A stretch of DNA of 64,000 nucleotides from an uncultured Candidatus Saccharibacteria bacterium (GTDB taxonomy: Bacteria; Patescibacteriota; Minisyncoccia; Phycocordibacterales; UBA6065). The position numbers and the translations under genes were made by a program. The stretch is from positions 63,633 to 127,632 of the forward strand of contig CAZBVG010000004.1 in NCBI GenBank assembly GCA_964495425.1, in the 5' to 3' direction. The notes below the pieces were generated by a model that ran no database searches, was not told the DNA's origin, and saw only the letters and a program-made list of their open reading frames with translations. The stretch's first letter is position 1. Each line of letters begins with the position of its first letter. Below are positions 1 through 9,333 of this stretch, in pieces.

Positions 1-2
1 TT

Positions 3-2510
3 AAGGCCCACAGCAAACAAGATTTCTTTATTATATTTTCCACCATTGCTTGTATCGTAATTGGTATAGCAATTCTCTGGGTTGCTTCACTTCGTCTCCC
101 TGATCTATCGTCTTTCGAGCAACGAAAAGTGCTTGAATCTACCAAAATATACGATCGTACAGGTAAAGTGCTTTTATATGACTTTAATGATGGAGTAAAA
201 AGAACCATCATCCCTTCAGAAGAAATCTCCCCTCTTCTAAAAAAGGCTACTGTCGCCATAGAGGATGCGGATTTTTATAATCATAATGGTATAAAAATAA
301 GCTCAATCATCCGTGCGGTATTCGCTAACATTATGAGCGGAGGTTATGGTCAAGGAGGTTCAACAATCACTCAACAGGTTGTTAAAAACACCCTTCTCAC
401 TACCGACAAACACATTTCTCGAAAACTTAAGGAGTGGGTTTTGGCTATCAAACTTGATAAGGCTCTCTCTAAAGATGCGATCCTCACAAGCTATCTCAAC
501 GAAAACCCTTACGGCGGTAGTATTTATGGTGTTGAAGAAGCAGCAAAACAGTTTTACGCAAAAAGCGCTAAAGATGTAACATTAGCCGAAGCTGCATACC
601 TCGCTGCTATTCCTCAAGCGACAACCTATTACTCTCCTTATGGAAATAATTTTGACAAACTTGAGGAACGAAAAAATTTGGTTTTAAGAAAGATGCTTGA
701 AAATGGTTCTATTACTCAAGCAGACTACGATGCCGCTCTCCAAGAGAAAGTTCGTTTCCAACCACAAGAACAATTTGGAATAAAAGCTCCTCATTTTGTT
801 TTCTTTGTGAAAGATTATCTTGAAAAGGTTCTCAATATCGACTCAATAGATGAAGGGGGTTATCGTGTCATCACTTCCCTAGACACCGATCTTCAGGAAA
901 AAGCTGAGGATTTGGTAAAAGCTACCGCTCTTTCAAATACCGAGAACTTTAACGCAAGCAATGCTGCACTTATTGCGCTTGATCCTAAAACTGGAGGAAT
1001 TCTATCGATGGTAGGTTCTCGAGACTACTTTGATAAAGAAATTGATGGAAAATTTAATGTTTCAATCGCTCCAAATCGCCAACCAGGTTCAACGATGAAA
1101 CCTATTGTTTATGCTGAAGCGTTTACCAAAGGATATACACCAGAAACCGTACTCTTTGATCTTCAAACCGAATTTTCAAGCGAATGTACTGTTGAAGGTA
1201 AGCCTATAAAAGAAGGTGTTGATCCGGAGGTTTGTTACATGCCACAAAATTATGATGACCTTTTCCGTGGGCCAATGACGATGCGTGATGCGTTAGCACA
1301 ATCAATCAACATTGTGGCGATTAAGACCCTTTATCTCGCAGGTCTTCGTGACTCTCTTGCCTTGGCAAAGGATATGGGAATCACAAGTCTCACCAATACT
1401 GATCGATATGGCCTTACGTTAGTGCTTGGAGGTGGTGAAATATCACTCCTAGAGATGACAAGCGCCTATGGAGTATTTGCAAATGACGGTACACGAGTAG
1501 CCTACAGGCCAGTTATACAAGTTTTTGACTCAAAAGGTGGTGAAATTAGACTTCCTACCCAAAAACAGAATCGAGTTATCACAGAAAACGTAGCACGAAC
1601 AATCTCAAGTATTCTTTCTGACAATACCGCGCGAACCCCAGCATATGGACCAAACTCTGTGCTTTATTTCCCTTCTCGAGATGTAGCGGTAAAAACTGGT
1701 ACCACAAACGACTCACGAGATGCGTGGACAATTGGATACTCCCCTAACATTGTTGTAGGTGTATGGGCAGGAAATAATGACAACTCACCGATGGTTAAAA
1801 AGGTTGCGGGACAAATTGTTGCCCCTATGTGGAGTTCATTTATGAAACAAGCTCTTGCTGTACTACCCGATGAACGATTCCCTCTCCCTATTTCCCCTGA
1901 TCCAACAACACTTAAACCTGTTATGAAAGGTATCTGGCAGGGTGGCGAAACATATGTAATCGACACAGTTTCAAATAAACTCGCAACCGAGTTCACACCA
2001 CCGGAAACCCGAAAGGAAATTGCAATTCAATCTGTTCATTCAATTCTTCATTGGGTTGATAAAACAAATCCACTTGGTCCAGCTCCGCTTGATCCAACAA
2101 AAGATTCTCAGTATGAACATTGGGAAGCTCCTATTCGAAAATGGGCACAAGAACGTGGATACACTGATCAAAACTCATCAGTAATACCAACCCAGTCAGA
2201 TGACGTGCATACCGCAAACAACTCACTTTCTGTCACAATTCAAAATATTGATTCTGCAAAAAAATACGGTCTTAACGAAACAGTAAGCGTACACGTATCA
2301 GCAACAGGTAAATACCAGCTCACAAAGGCATCATTATATGTTAATAATGTGTTTGTAGAGACCTTGGATAGAGGACCATTTGTTTTTAGATTCACCCCAA
2401 GAGATCTTTCTCGAATCGAGGAAATGAATGAAATACGTATAGTTGGATATGATTCGGTATATAACAAAGATGAAGCTCTGTCTCAATTCTCTGTAGCGCT
2501 CGATAATTAA
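3..2510 (+). CDS. ponA: Class A penicillin-binding protein (transglycosylase + transpeptidase, C-terminal Ig-like domain); 5'-partial
   Basis: Motifs EDADFYNH, GGSTITQQVVKN, RKLKE, QPGSTMKP (SxxK), SIN, KTGT. Frame stays open upstream of 129 to the window edge and includes a TM segment (FFIIFSTIACIVIGIAILW). Confidence 0.93.
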   Translation, partial: KAHSKQDFFIIFSTIACIVIGIAILWVASLRLPDLSSFEQRKVLESTKIYDRTGKVLLYDFNDGVKRTIIPSEEISPLLKKATVAIEDADFYNHNGIKISSIIRAVFANIMSGGYGQGGSTITQQVVKNTLLTTDKHISRKLKEWVLAIKLDKALSKDAILTSYLNENPYGGSIYGVEEAAKQFYAKSAKDVTLAEAAYLAAIPQATTYYSPYGNNFDKLEERKNLVLRKMLENGSITQADYDAALQEKVRFQPQEQFGIKAPHFVFFVKDYLEKVLNIDSIDEGGYRVITSLDTDLQEKAEDLVKATALSNTENFNASNAALIALDPKTGGILSMVGSRDYFDKEIDGKFNVSIAPNRQPGSTMKPIVYAEAFTKGYTPETVLFDLQTEFSSECTVEGKPIKEGVDPEVCYMPQNYDDLFRGPMTMRDALAQSINIVAIKTLYLAGLRDSLALAKDMGITSLTNTDRYGLTLVLGGGEISLLEMTSAYGVFANDGTRVAYRPVIQVFDSKGGEIRLPTQKQNRVITENVARTISSILSDNTARTPAYGPNSVLYFPSRDVAVKTGTTNDSRDAWTIGYSPNIVVGVWAGNNDNSPMVKKVAGQIVAPMWSSFMKQALAVLPDERFPLPISPDPTTLKPVMKGIWQGGETYVIDTVSNKLATEFTPPETRKEIAIQSVHSILHWVDKTNPLGPAPLDPTKDSQYEHWEAPIRKWAQERGYTDQNSSVIPTQSDDVHTANNSLSVTIQNIDSAKKYGLNETVSVHVSATGKYQLTKASLYVNNVFVETLDRGPFVFRFTPRDLSRIEEMNEIRIVGYDSVYNKDEALSQFSVALDN

Positions 2511-2520
2511 GAAATATCAT

Positions 2521-2554
2521 AAACAAAACCACCTGCATGTAGGTGGTTTTGTTT
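2521..2554. terminator. Bidirectional intrinsic terminator
   Basis: AAACAAAACCACCT-gcatgt-AGGTGGTTTTGTTT between convergent genes. Confidence 0.85.
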
Positions 2555-2804
2555 ATCGCACATCATATATTTTACTCTGCGGGTGCTTTTTCTTGATCGC
2601 TTCAATTAACGCTGCCTTGCGGGTAAAAATAAGAGATTTTGCCATAGGTGAGCCTTTTATATACAAAATCCCCTTCTTTAGTTCAAAGCCAACTCCTTCA
2701 ATATTACAAATTTCTTTAAGAGCTGACTTAATTGAATCACTTTGAAGAATAGATCCTTCCTCGATTTGTGAAAACTTCTTGAAATAGTCAGCAATGTTGA
2801 ACAT
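2553..2804 (-). CDS. Small protein, possible DciA/DUF721-like
   Basis: 83 aa directly after dnaN; GILYIKGSPMAKSLIFTRKAALIEAI resembles the DUF721 pattern. Confidence 0.6.
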   Translation of the reverse strand: MFNIADYFKKFSQIEEGSILQSDSIKSALKEICNIEGVGFELKKGILYIKGSPMAKSLIFTRKAALIEAIKKKHPQSKIYDVR

Positions 2805-2823
2805 AAAACCTTCGTATTAGGCT

Positions 2824-3924
2824 TTATCTGTTCATTGGCATCACGAGATAGGTGAAAGACTTGTCAGACACACCCTTGAGTACCAATGGCTTGTTGGCGC
2901 CGCTTATAGAGAGAACCAGACTATCAGCATCAATCGACTGGAAACAATCTGCAATGTACTTATGATTGAAGTTTATATCTACATCCTGGCCAGTAATACT
3001 TGAATCAAGTGAGTTGGTGTACTCCCCCACATCACTATTTTTTGTTGAAATCACAAAACTCTTCTTTGAAGGAAGTGCTTTTACGTTTACTTGATTAAAC
3101 TTATCTGAAAATACGTTTGAAGTTTTAAGTGAATCTACAAAATCCTGCTTCAAAATAACAACCTCGGTAACAAATGACTTTGGAATGATCTGTCGATAAT
3201 CCGGGAATGTCGCATCGATTACTCGAGACATCAAATAAATGTCTTTTGATTCAAAAGCAATCTGATTTTTATCAAAAAGCACTTTAATATCATCCGAAAG
3301 ACCATCGAGAGTGCGAATTATATCAGCAACATTCTTTGCTGGAACAATAACCGACGGAAAATCTATCGAATCCTTAACCTTCACCCTCTTTTCTGCGAGT
3401 CTAAACGAATCTGTCGACACAAATACCAAGTCAGAATCTTCCTTAAATACATAGACGCTTGAGAGTTCAGGCTTTACTGTAGACAAAGAAGCGCTATAAA
3501 CAACAGATTTGAAACCTTTTACGAGAAGTTTTGGGCTAATCTCGATTATCTTATTAGTTTCCAGCTTTGGAATTGAAGGGAAATCATCAGTTGGGAATGT
3601 TTTGATGAGAGTTGTGTTAGTTGAGGTTGAAATAACCACATTTCCATCCTTAGACTCAAGAGTAATATTCTTTTCCTTTGGAAGTCCGGCAAGAAGAGAG
3701 CTGATAACACCTCCCTGAAGGGCAATTTCACCCTCCTGTTCAACTTTAGCTGGAATCTTGATCTCTATACCACAATCAAGATTTGTCGCTCGTATAACGA
3801 GAGAATTTTTAGACGCGGATAAATTAATACATGAAAGAATTGGTAACGAAAGATTCTTACCTGTTAGACGATCAGCCTTTGAAATTCCTTCAATCAGTTT
3901 TTCTTTGATGCATTCGATTTTCAT
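2824..3924 (-). CDS. dnaN: DNA polymerase III beta clamp
   Basis: LPILS, ATNLD, STDSFRLAE, FPDYRQIIP, C-terminal YLVMPM; follows dnaA. Confidence 0.98.
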   Translation of the reverse strand: MKIECIKEKLIEGISKADRLTGKNLSLPILSCINLSASKNSLVIRATNLDCGIEIKIPAKVEQEGEIALQGGVISSLLAGLPKEKNITLESKDGNVVISTSTNTTLIKTFPTDDFPSIPKLETNKIIEISPKLLVKGFKSVVYSASLSTVKPELSSVYVFKEDSDLVFVSTDSFRLAEKRVKVKDSIDFPSVIVPAKNVADIIRTLDGLSDDIKVLFDKNQIAFESKDIYLMSRVIDATFPDYRQIIPKSFVTEVVILKQDFVDSLKTSNVFSDKFNQVNVKALPSKKSFVISTKNSDVGEYTNSLDSSITGQDVDINFNHKYIADCFQSIDADSLVLSISGANKPLVLKGVSDKSFTYLVMPMNR

Positions 3925-4154
3925 GTTCCTAGTATATCTTTATATTTATTCTATTAAGAAGACTATTACTTCTAATAGCAGTGTGAATATGTGAATAACT
4001 TTTTATATGGCTTTGTATAAGGATATTCCATATATTTTTTCTAAAGATTCTGTGGATAATCACAGATCTATTTTGAACAACATATTCACAAAGTGAACTT
4101 ATACCCCTTTTTATCCACACTTCCCCACGTCTTGTCCCCAACAAACTAACACAC
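3925..4154. promoter_or_regulatory. oriC (DnaA boxes + DnaA-trio/AT-rich unwinding element)
   Basis: TGTGAATA 3982-3989, TGTGAATAA 3990-3998, TGTGGATAA 4051-4059, ATATTCACA 4082-4090, TTATCCACA 4111-4119; trio-like repeat and AT-rich tract toward dnaN. Confidence 0.88.
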
Positions 4155-5498
4155 TTATGAGATGAGAGATCGTATATGATTTACTTCCTGAAGAAGTACC
4201 TGGTTGGACTTTATCTCCTCTTTAACCTTTTCGCAAGAATGAATAACTGTCGTATGATCACGACCTCCAAGTTTCTCACCAATAGATGGGTAAGAAATAT
4301 TCATATCCTCTCGTAAAAGATACATGATTACCTGTCGTGGTTTCACCACTTCTTTCTTTCGTGTCTTCTCGTAAATGTTGTTTTCCTCAATATTATAGAA
4401 ATCTGAGACGATTTTAACGACATCTTTAATAGAAATAAGTTTCTTTGGCTTTGCACTATTCTTTATGAGGTTTTTTATCTCTAAAATGTTAAGTTCTCTT
4501 CCTCGAACTTGAGTTTGCATCACAATAGAGTTGATAATTCCCTCTAATTCTCGAATATTTCCATCAACTGAGCTTGCAAGAAAATCTAAAATGTCAGATG
4601 AAAGACCAACATTTTGCTTGGCAAGCTTATTTTTAAGGATAATTAAGCGTGATTCATAGTCTGGAGCTGCAACATCTACAATCATTCCTGATCCAAGACG
4701 AGATTTAATACGATCCTCGAGGTCAGGCATGTGGTTAGGATGCTGATCTGAAGAACAGATAAGCTGCTTATTATTTTCCTTGAGAGTATTGAAGAGGTGG
4801 AAGAACTCTTCTTGTGACTTTTCCTTGCTTGAGAAGAATTGTACGTCATCCATGATGAGTACATCATACTTTCGATATTTTTCTTTGAACTGATTCGCCT
4901 TACCAAGCTGAAGTGAATTCATAAAATCAACCGCAAAACGCTCAGAAGTCACATAATATACTTTCTTTGAAGGATCTTTTGCTTTAATATGATTCCCTAC
5001 CGCCTGCATAAGGTGAGTTTTACCTCGTCCTGTACCTCCGTAAATATAAAGAGGGTTATAAGCTATACCAGGATTTTTGATCACCGCCTGTGCAGCTGCG
5101 TGAGCAAGTTCATTAAATGGCCCAACCACAAAGGTATCAAAGGTATATTTAGGATTGAGGTTGTCATCCTTGCTTACATAGAACTCCTGAAGAGGTAATT
5201 CATATACGGGAGCAGCTTTCTGCTCAATTTCAAGAGGAGCTTTTCGTTCTTGATTTTTAGAAATAACATATTCAAGCGCGCGGACGTCGTTTCCAAAATC
5301 TCGAAGGTGCTTCAATATAGTTTTGTGAAATTTGCTCGAGAGCCACTCTTTTGCAAAGACACTTGGTACTGCCACATAGATAACACCATCATCCTGTTTG
5401 TGGATATATGTGTCTTTAAACCACATATTGAAGTTCGCCTTCGAGACCTGAAGCTCAACTGTCCCCAAAACGCTATCCCACAATTTTTTTGTATCCAT
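4155..5498 (-). CDS. dnaA: Chromosomal replication initiator
   Basis: LNPKYTFDTFVVG, YNPLYIYGGTGRGKTHL, NIRELEG, GGRDHTTVIH. Confidence 0.99.
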   Translation of the reverse strand: MDTKKLWDSVLGTVELQVSKANFNMWFKDTYIHKQDDGVIYVAVPSVFAKEWLSSKFHKTILKHLRDFGNDVRALEYVISKNQERKAPLEIEQKAAPVYELPLQEFYVSKDDNLNPKYTFDTFVVGPFNELAHAAAQAVIKNPGIAYNPLYIYGGTGRGKTHLMQAVGNHIKAKDPSKKVYYVTSERFAVDFMNSLQLGKANQFKEKYRKYDVLIMDDVQFFSSKEKSQEEFFHLFNTLKENNKQLICSSDQHPNHMPDLEDRIKSRLGSGMIVDVAAPDYESRLIILKNKLAKQNVGLSSDILDFLASSVDGNIRELEGIINSIVMQTQVRGRELNILEIKNLIKNSAKPKKLISIKDVVKIVSDFYNIEENNIYEKTRKKEVVKPRQVIMYLLREDMNISYPSIGEKLGGRDHTTVIHSCEKVKEEIKSNQVLLQEVNHIRSLIS

Positions 5499-5657
5499 GG
5501 TTTTTTATTCGGAGGTGAAGTAAGTATAAAGGTTCCAAAAAATTGTAGTACTTGTGAGCATTAAGTAAATGTGTTAATAATATGTGAACAAGTTGTTGAC
5601 AAAGAGTCTTCGGACGCTCTGTACAGCAGAAGAGAAATAATATAGAGTACTTACCCT

Positions 5658-5795
5658 ATGGCAATTGTATACAAAACTAGAAATAGAAAGCGCGCACGAG
5701 CACACGGCTTTCTCGCCCGAAAAGCGTCACGAAACGGCAGAAATGTCCTTACTCGACGACGCCATAAAGGCCGAAAGAAGATAGTTAAGGTCTAA
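5658..5795 (+). CDS. rpmH: 50S ribosomal protein L34 (absent from the ORF track)
   Basis: Hand translation [45 protein letters not shown]; canonical position. Confidence 0.95.
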   Translation: MAIVYKTRNRKRARAHGFLARKASRNGRNVLTRRRHKGRKKIVKV

Positions 5796-5801
5796 TCCCC
5801 T

Positions 5802-6128
5802 ATGCTCGCAAAGAAAGATCGGCTTACAGTCACAGATTTGGAAGCCCTCTCTCGTGGAATAAGCGTCTTTTCGACGCTTATTTCGTTGAGGTATTGTGAG
5901 GCACCCTCGCTCAAGTTTGCTGTATCAGTATCTAAAAAGGTTGCACCAAGCGCAGTGCTTCGTAATAGAATCCGTCGCCGAACTTACTCTATCGTGCAAA
6001 AATTGATGCCGCAGATTCAAAAGAAGGCGTTTATTATGCTTATGCCTAAAAAAGAGTTCGCGGGTAAGCCAATAGCTGAACTTGAGGTGGAAATGAAAGG
6101 AATATTCAGTAAGGCGCACCTTCTGTAG
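5802..6128 (+). CDS. rnpA: RNase P protein component
   Basis: AVSVSKKVAPSAVLRNRIRRR motif; synteny rpmH-rnpA-yidC. Confidence 0.95.
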   Translation: MLAKKDRLTVTDLEALSRGISVFSTLISLRYCEAPSLKFAVSVSKKVAPSAVLRNRIRRRTYSIVQKLMPQIQKKAFIMLMPKKEFAGKPIAELEVEMKGIFSKAHLL

Positions 6129-6190
6129 TTCATTTGAGGTAGAGGCTTAAGTACGTTACTATTCTTAAGTATTCTTTTGACACTATAATC

Positions 6191-6928
6191 ATGCACTATC
6201 TATATACAACCTTTATTTATCATCCGCTCTATAATGGCCTTATTCTCCTTGGAGACCTGCTTCCCTTCCTTGATGCGGGTATTCTCATTATTATCTTTAC
6301 TATCATCGTAAAACTCATTCTTTTTCCGCTTTCAAAGAAGGCGGTGCGAACACAAGCAACCATGAAGCTTGTTGAGCCAGAGTTGAGAGCAATTAAAGAA
6401 AAGTTTAAAGATAACAAGCAGGCACAGGCGGTAGAGACGATGAAGTTGTATAAAGAGAAGCAGATTAACCCATTTTCAAGCATCTTCCTTCTCTTGATAC
6501 AGCTCCCTATCATCTTTGCTTTGTATAAAGTTTTCTCGGCAAGTAATTTTTCTGCGGTTAATACTGACATCTTATATTCTTTTGTGAAAGTCCCTGAGCA
6601 TATAAGCACAATGTTTTTGGGTCTTATAGATGTAACCCAAAAGAGTTTTATTTTAGCTATATTGGCAGCCATTTCTCAGTATTTTCAGATTAAATTTTCC
6701 GCACCAAATTTACCTCCTAAGTCTGAAAATGGATCATTTCAGGATGATTTCGCACGAAACATGCATGTTCAAATGAAGTACGTATTCCCTATTATGATCT
6801 TGTTCATTTCATATAACGTTGCTGCAGCTCTTGCGATCTACTGGGTGACCTCAAACCTCTTTATGATTGGCCAGGAGCTCTATATTCGAAAGCAGATGGC
6901 TCGTGAGCGTTTGGCGGCAGGTAAGTAA
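6191..6928 (+). CDS. yidC: Short YidC/Oxa1 membrane insertase
   Basis: MKLYKEKQINPFS, LIQLPI, LAIYWVTSN; no large periplasmic domain. Confidence 0.95.
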   Translation: MHYLYTTFIYHPLYNGLILLGDLLPFLDAGILIIIFTIIVKLILFPLSKKAVRTQATMKLVEPELRAIKEKFKDNKQAQAVETMKLYKEKQINPFSSIFLLLIQLPIIFALYKVFSASNFSAVNTDILYSFVKVPEHISTMFLGLIDVTQKSFILAILAAISQYFQIKFSAPNLPPKSENGSFQDDFARNMHVQMKYVFPIMILFISYNVAAALAIYWVTSNLFMIGQELYIRKQMARERLAAGK

Positions 6929-6944
6929 TAACAACATTGATATG

Positions 6945-6972
6945 TTAAAAGCGGCCATATGGCCGCTTTTAA
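6945..6972. terminator. Bidirectional terminator
   Basis: Perfect palindrome TTAAAAGCGGCCATATGGCCGCTTTTAA between convergent genes. Confidence 0.85.
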
Positions 6973-6977
6973 GTTGT

Positions 6978-8219
6978 TTATTCTGTAAGTTCGTATCGCC
7001 ACACCGTCTGATCTTTTTTATTTTTAAATACGAGGACCGTTTCACTTTGATTGAGGTTGAGGTTGGTTATGTCCATGGAGCGACTGACTTCGAAAAGCGG
7101 GTTAAAGATCTCATTTGTTTCTCCTGTAGAAACATCAATTTTCCAAAGTGTATCACTAAATGAAACTTTACCTTTATACCAATCATCAGGAAAAGTACCG
7201 CTTGCAAGTGTTGTTGGACTTGCGCAATAAATAATATTTTTGTTTTTAACACTCCATACACATTTGTCAGCAAGAGCCACTATTCCAGTGTTTTCAGTGG
7301 TGAAAGTTTTAGTATTGTATATTGCTGATTTTATTGAGTTTCCGGAAGTGTATGAGAGAAACACGAAGGTTCCATCTATATTAGCAAGAGCAGATAGGCC
7401 ATTAAGGTCGTTACCTGCCTTTGTGTAAGTACCGTTTGTTGTGTTGAGAAGGTATGCTGCGCTCATTACCGAACCAGCCGGCCGAGGATAAATAGTGATA
7501 AGTGTCGGAGAAGACCATCGTGAAGTCCAGTCGCTAAACGAAGAAGAAAATACTGAAGTTTTTTCAGAGCCATCCATGTTTGCTGTTATACCACTAGAAC
7601 CAGCTGATGTTTTTAAGGTGTAGTAAATTTTTGTACCCAACGAAGTAATGTTTTGTATATTGTCCTGAAGAAAAGTTCCCTCAAGGGCTTCTTCGGGTGC
7701 ATTTAACGCTGAAATTGTTGCATAAAAGGTTTTTATAGTTTCTTCCTCCCCTTTTAGATATCGCAAGATAACTTTTGATCCATCATTTGACCACAGAGAT
7801 TCATATACTTTCGGTATAGTTACGCTGGAAATTTTTTTGATCTGAGCCGAGACATTGTTTGTTTCATAAATATGACCAGTTGCTCTTTCAATATAACGGA
7901 TCAGGGTACTACTGCCCATGTCGAAAACTATCGCTCCCGCCGCTGGAGTTTTTGATATTTGGCGAAGGCGTGGAAGACCTGTTGCACTATTGATTTCACC
8001 CACTTCTGCTGTAGATGATGATATGTCAACAAGTATACCTGTACCTGTTTGAGAATCAGAGCTTGAGTTTTGTCCAAAAGGAAAAAGATCAGTTGGTGAT
8101 GTAATTGGGGTCTCTGTTTGTGGGGTTATATCCCCTGTTCGTAAGAAGAAGTACCAACCAAAAAATCCAGAAACAATAAGTAGGAATGCTAGTACTAAGA
8201 AAAAAGTTTTTTTAGACAT
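6978..8219 (-). CDS. Membrane-anchored extracellular beta-rich (propeller-like) protein
   Basis: Start moved to MSKKTFF (N-terminal TM); repeated WS/beta-blade-like segments; last gene of the T4SS-like cluster. Confidence 0.7.
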   Translation of the reverse strand: MSKKTFFLVLAFLLIVSGFFGWYFFLRTGDITPQTETPITSPTDLFPFGQNSSSDSQTGTGILVDISSSTAEVGEINSATGLPRLRQISKTPAAGAIVFDMGSSTLIRYIERATGHIYETNNVSAQIKKISSVTIPKVYESLWSNDGSKVILRYLKGEEETIKTFYATISALNAPEEALEGTFLQDNIQNITSLGTKIYYTLKTSAGSSGITANMDGSEKTSVFSSSFSDWTSRWSSPTLITIYPRPAGSVMSAAYLLNTTNGTYTKAGNDLNGLSALANIDGTFVFLSYTSGNSIKSAIYNTKTFTTENTGIVALADKCVWSVKNKNIIYCASPTTLASGTFPDDWYKGKVSFSDTLWKIDVSTGETNEIFNPLFEVSRSMDITNLNLNQSETVLVFKNKKDQTVWRYELTE

Positions 8220-8223
8220 AGAT

Positions 8224-9333
8224 TTAATTTGATGGGAAGGTGAATACAGGTCGAACTGGTTTAGCCACAGTTTCAGTAGTAATTGGTGTATAGGTACCAC
8301 TCATGGTTGTTTTTGTCCCATTTCTCCAAGCCAGCATTTTCTCTAAATAAGTCATCTGTTGAGCAAGTTGATTTTCGATAGTTATGATTTCTTCATTAGA
8401 AAATACATTAGAACCAGAGTTGGTTTTTTGATCCCTCATACTTGATATAAGCTTTGCTGAGTCAACAGCAAGCTTATTTATATTTGCTCTGATTTGATCA
8501 GTACTGAATGTGTCGGCGTTTGTAGCATAAACGTTGGATAGTTCTGCTGCACTTGTGTACGAGTACAATTTTATTTGTGCATATTCAGCATTTGCTTTTG
8601 CCTGGATTGCAGCGTCTCTTTTATCTTGAAGCTCGTTAATTACGTCATCGGTTGCCCCTGCTGCGATTGCTGCATCAAGAGCCTTTTGTGCAGCTGTAGC
8701 AGTGTCGTTAAGTGAGTTCAATTCTCTATTTTTGACAGATATTTTATTACGGAGATCTTCTATTGCGACCTTAAGGGGATCAGATGAAAGGAGTTGGCAC
8801 GGCACCTTTTTTCCGTCTTTATCAAGAACACTGCATTCGACAGGTGTACCTAAACTCAAATCCACGTTAACAAGCTGAACGTTGATTGTTTGGAGAATAA
8901 GGAAAGCTGATAGAAGTAGAAGTAAACCCCAAAGAGCGCCATGCCAATGTTCTTTGGCAGCAGATTTGCCGGTTATGGCTTCGGTGGTCGCGTATTGAAT
9001 ACCTGCCCATATGATCATACCTATCGCAAGTATTGCAGCTATGCCGATCGCAACACCATAAACATTAGAGAGAACTTTTACAGGATTAGCTTTAACACAG
9101 CTGCTGGTATCACCATGGATATCTGGGACACAGCCGGTTGTTAAACCGGGTATTGTTGTAAGTGGGACATAGGTGCATCCAACAGGTACATAACCTCTTG
9201 CATCGGGCGCACAAGGGTCTACAGTAGCCGCCAAGGCGCTATTGGTACCAATGAAAAGAGAGGTGACTATGAATAGTATTGTGTAAATACTCAGTATTTG
9301 TTTAAGGATCGTTTTGTTGGATGATCTAATCAT
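8224..9333 (-). CDS. VirB2/TrbC-like T4SS pilin domain with C-terminal helical extension
   Basis: Signal peptide; IAAILAIGMIIWAGIQY...AKE...ALWGLLLLLSAFLILQTIN two-helix pilin pattern; Cys pairs. Confidence 0.72.
   Translation of the reverse strand: MIRSSNKTILKQILSIYTILFIVTSLFIGTNSALAATVDPCAPDARGYVPVGCTYVPLTTIPGLTTGCVPDIHGDTSSCVKANPVKVLSNVYGVAIGIAAILAIGMIIWAGIQYATTEAITGKSAAKEHWHGALWGLLLLLSAFLILQTINVQLVNVDLSLGTPVECSVLDKDGKKVPCQLLSSDPLKVAIEDLRNKISVKNRELNSLNDTATAAQKALDAAIAAGATDDVINELQDKRDAAIQAKANAEYAQIKLYSYTSAAELSNVYATNADTFSTDQIRANINKLAVDSAKLISSMRDQKTNSGSNVFSNEEIITIENQLAQQMTYLEKMLAWRNGTKTTMSGTYTPITTETVAKPVRPVFTFPSN

Noticed and set aside
8220-8300. Apparent 77-nt overlap between the 6978 ORF and the pilin gene
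   Set aside because: Disappears when the start is placed at MSKKTFF (8219)
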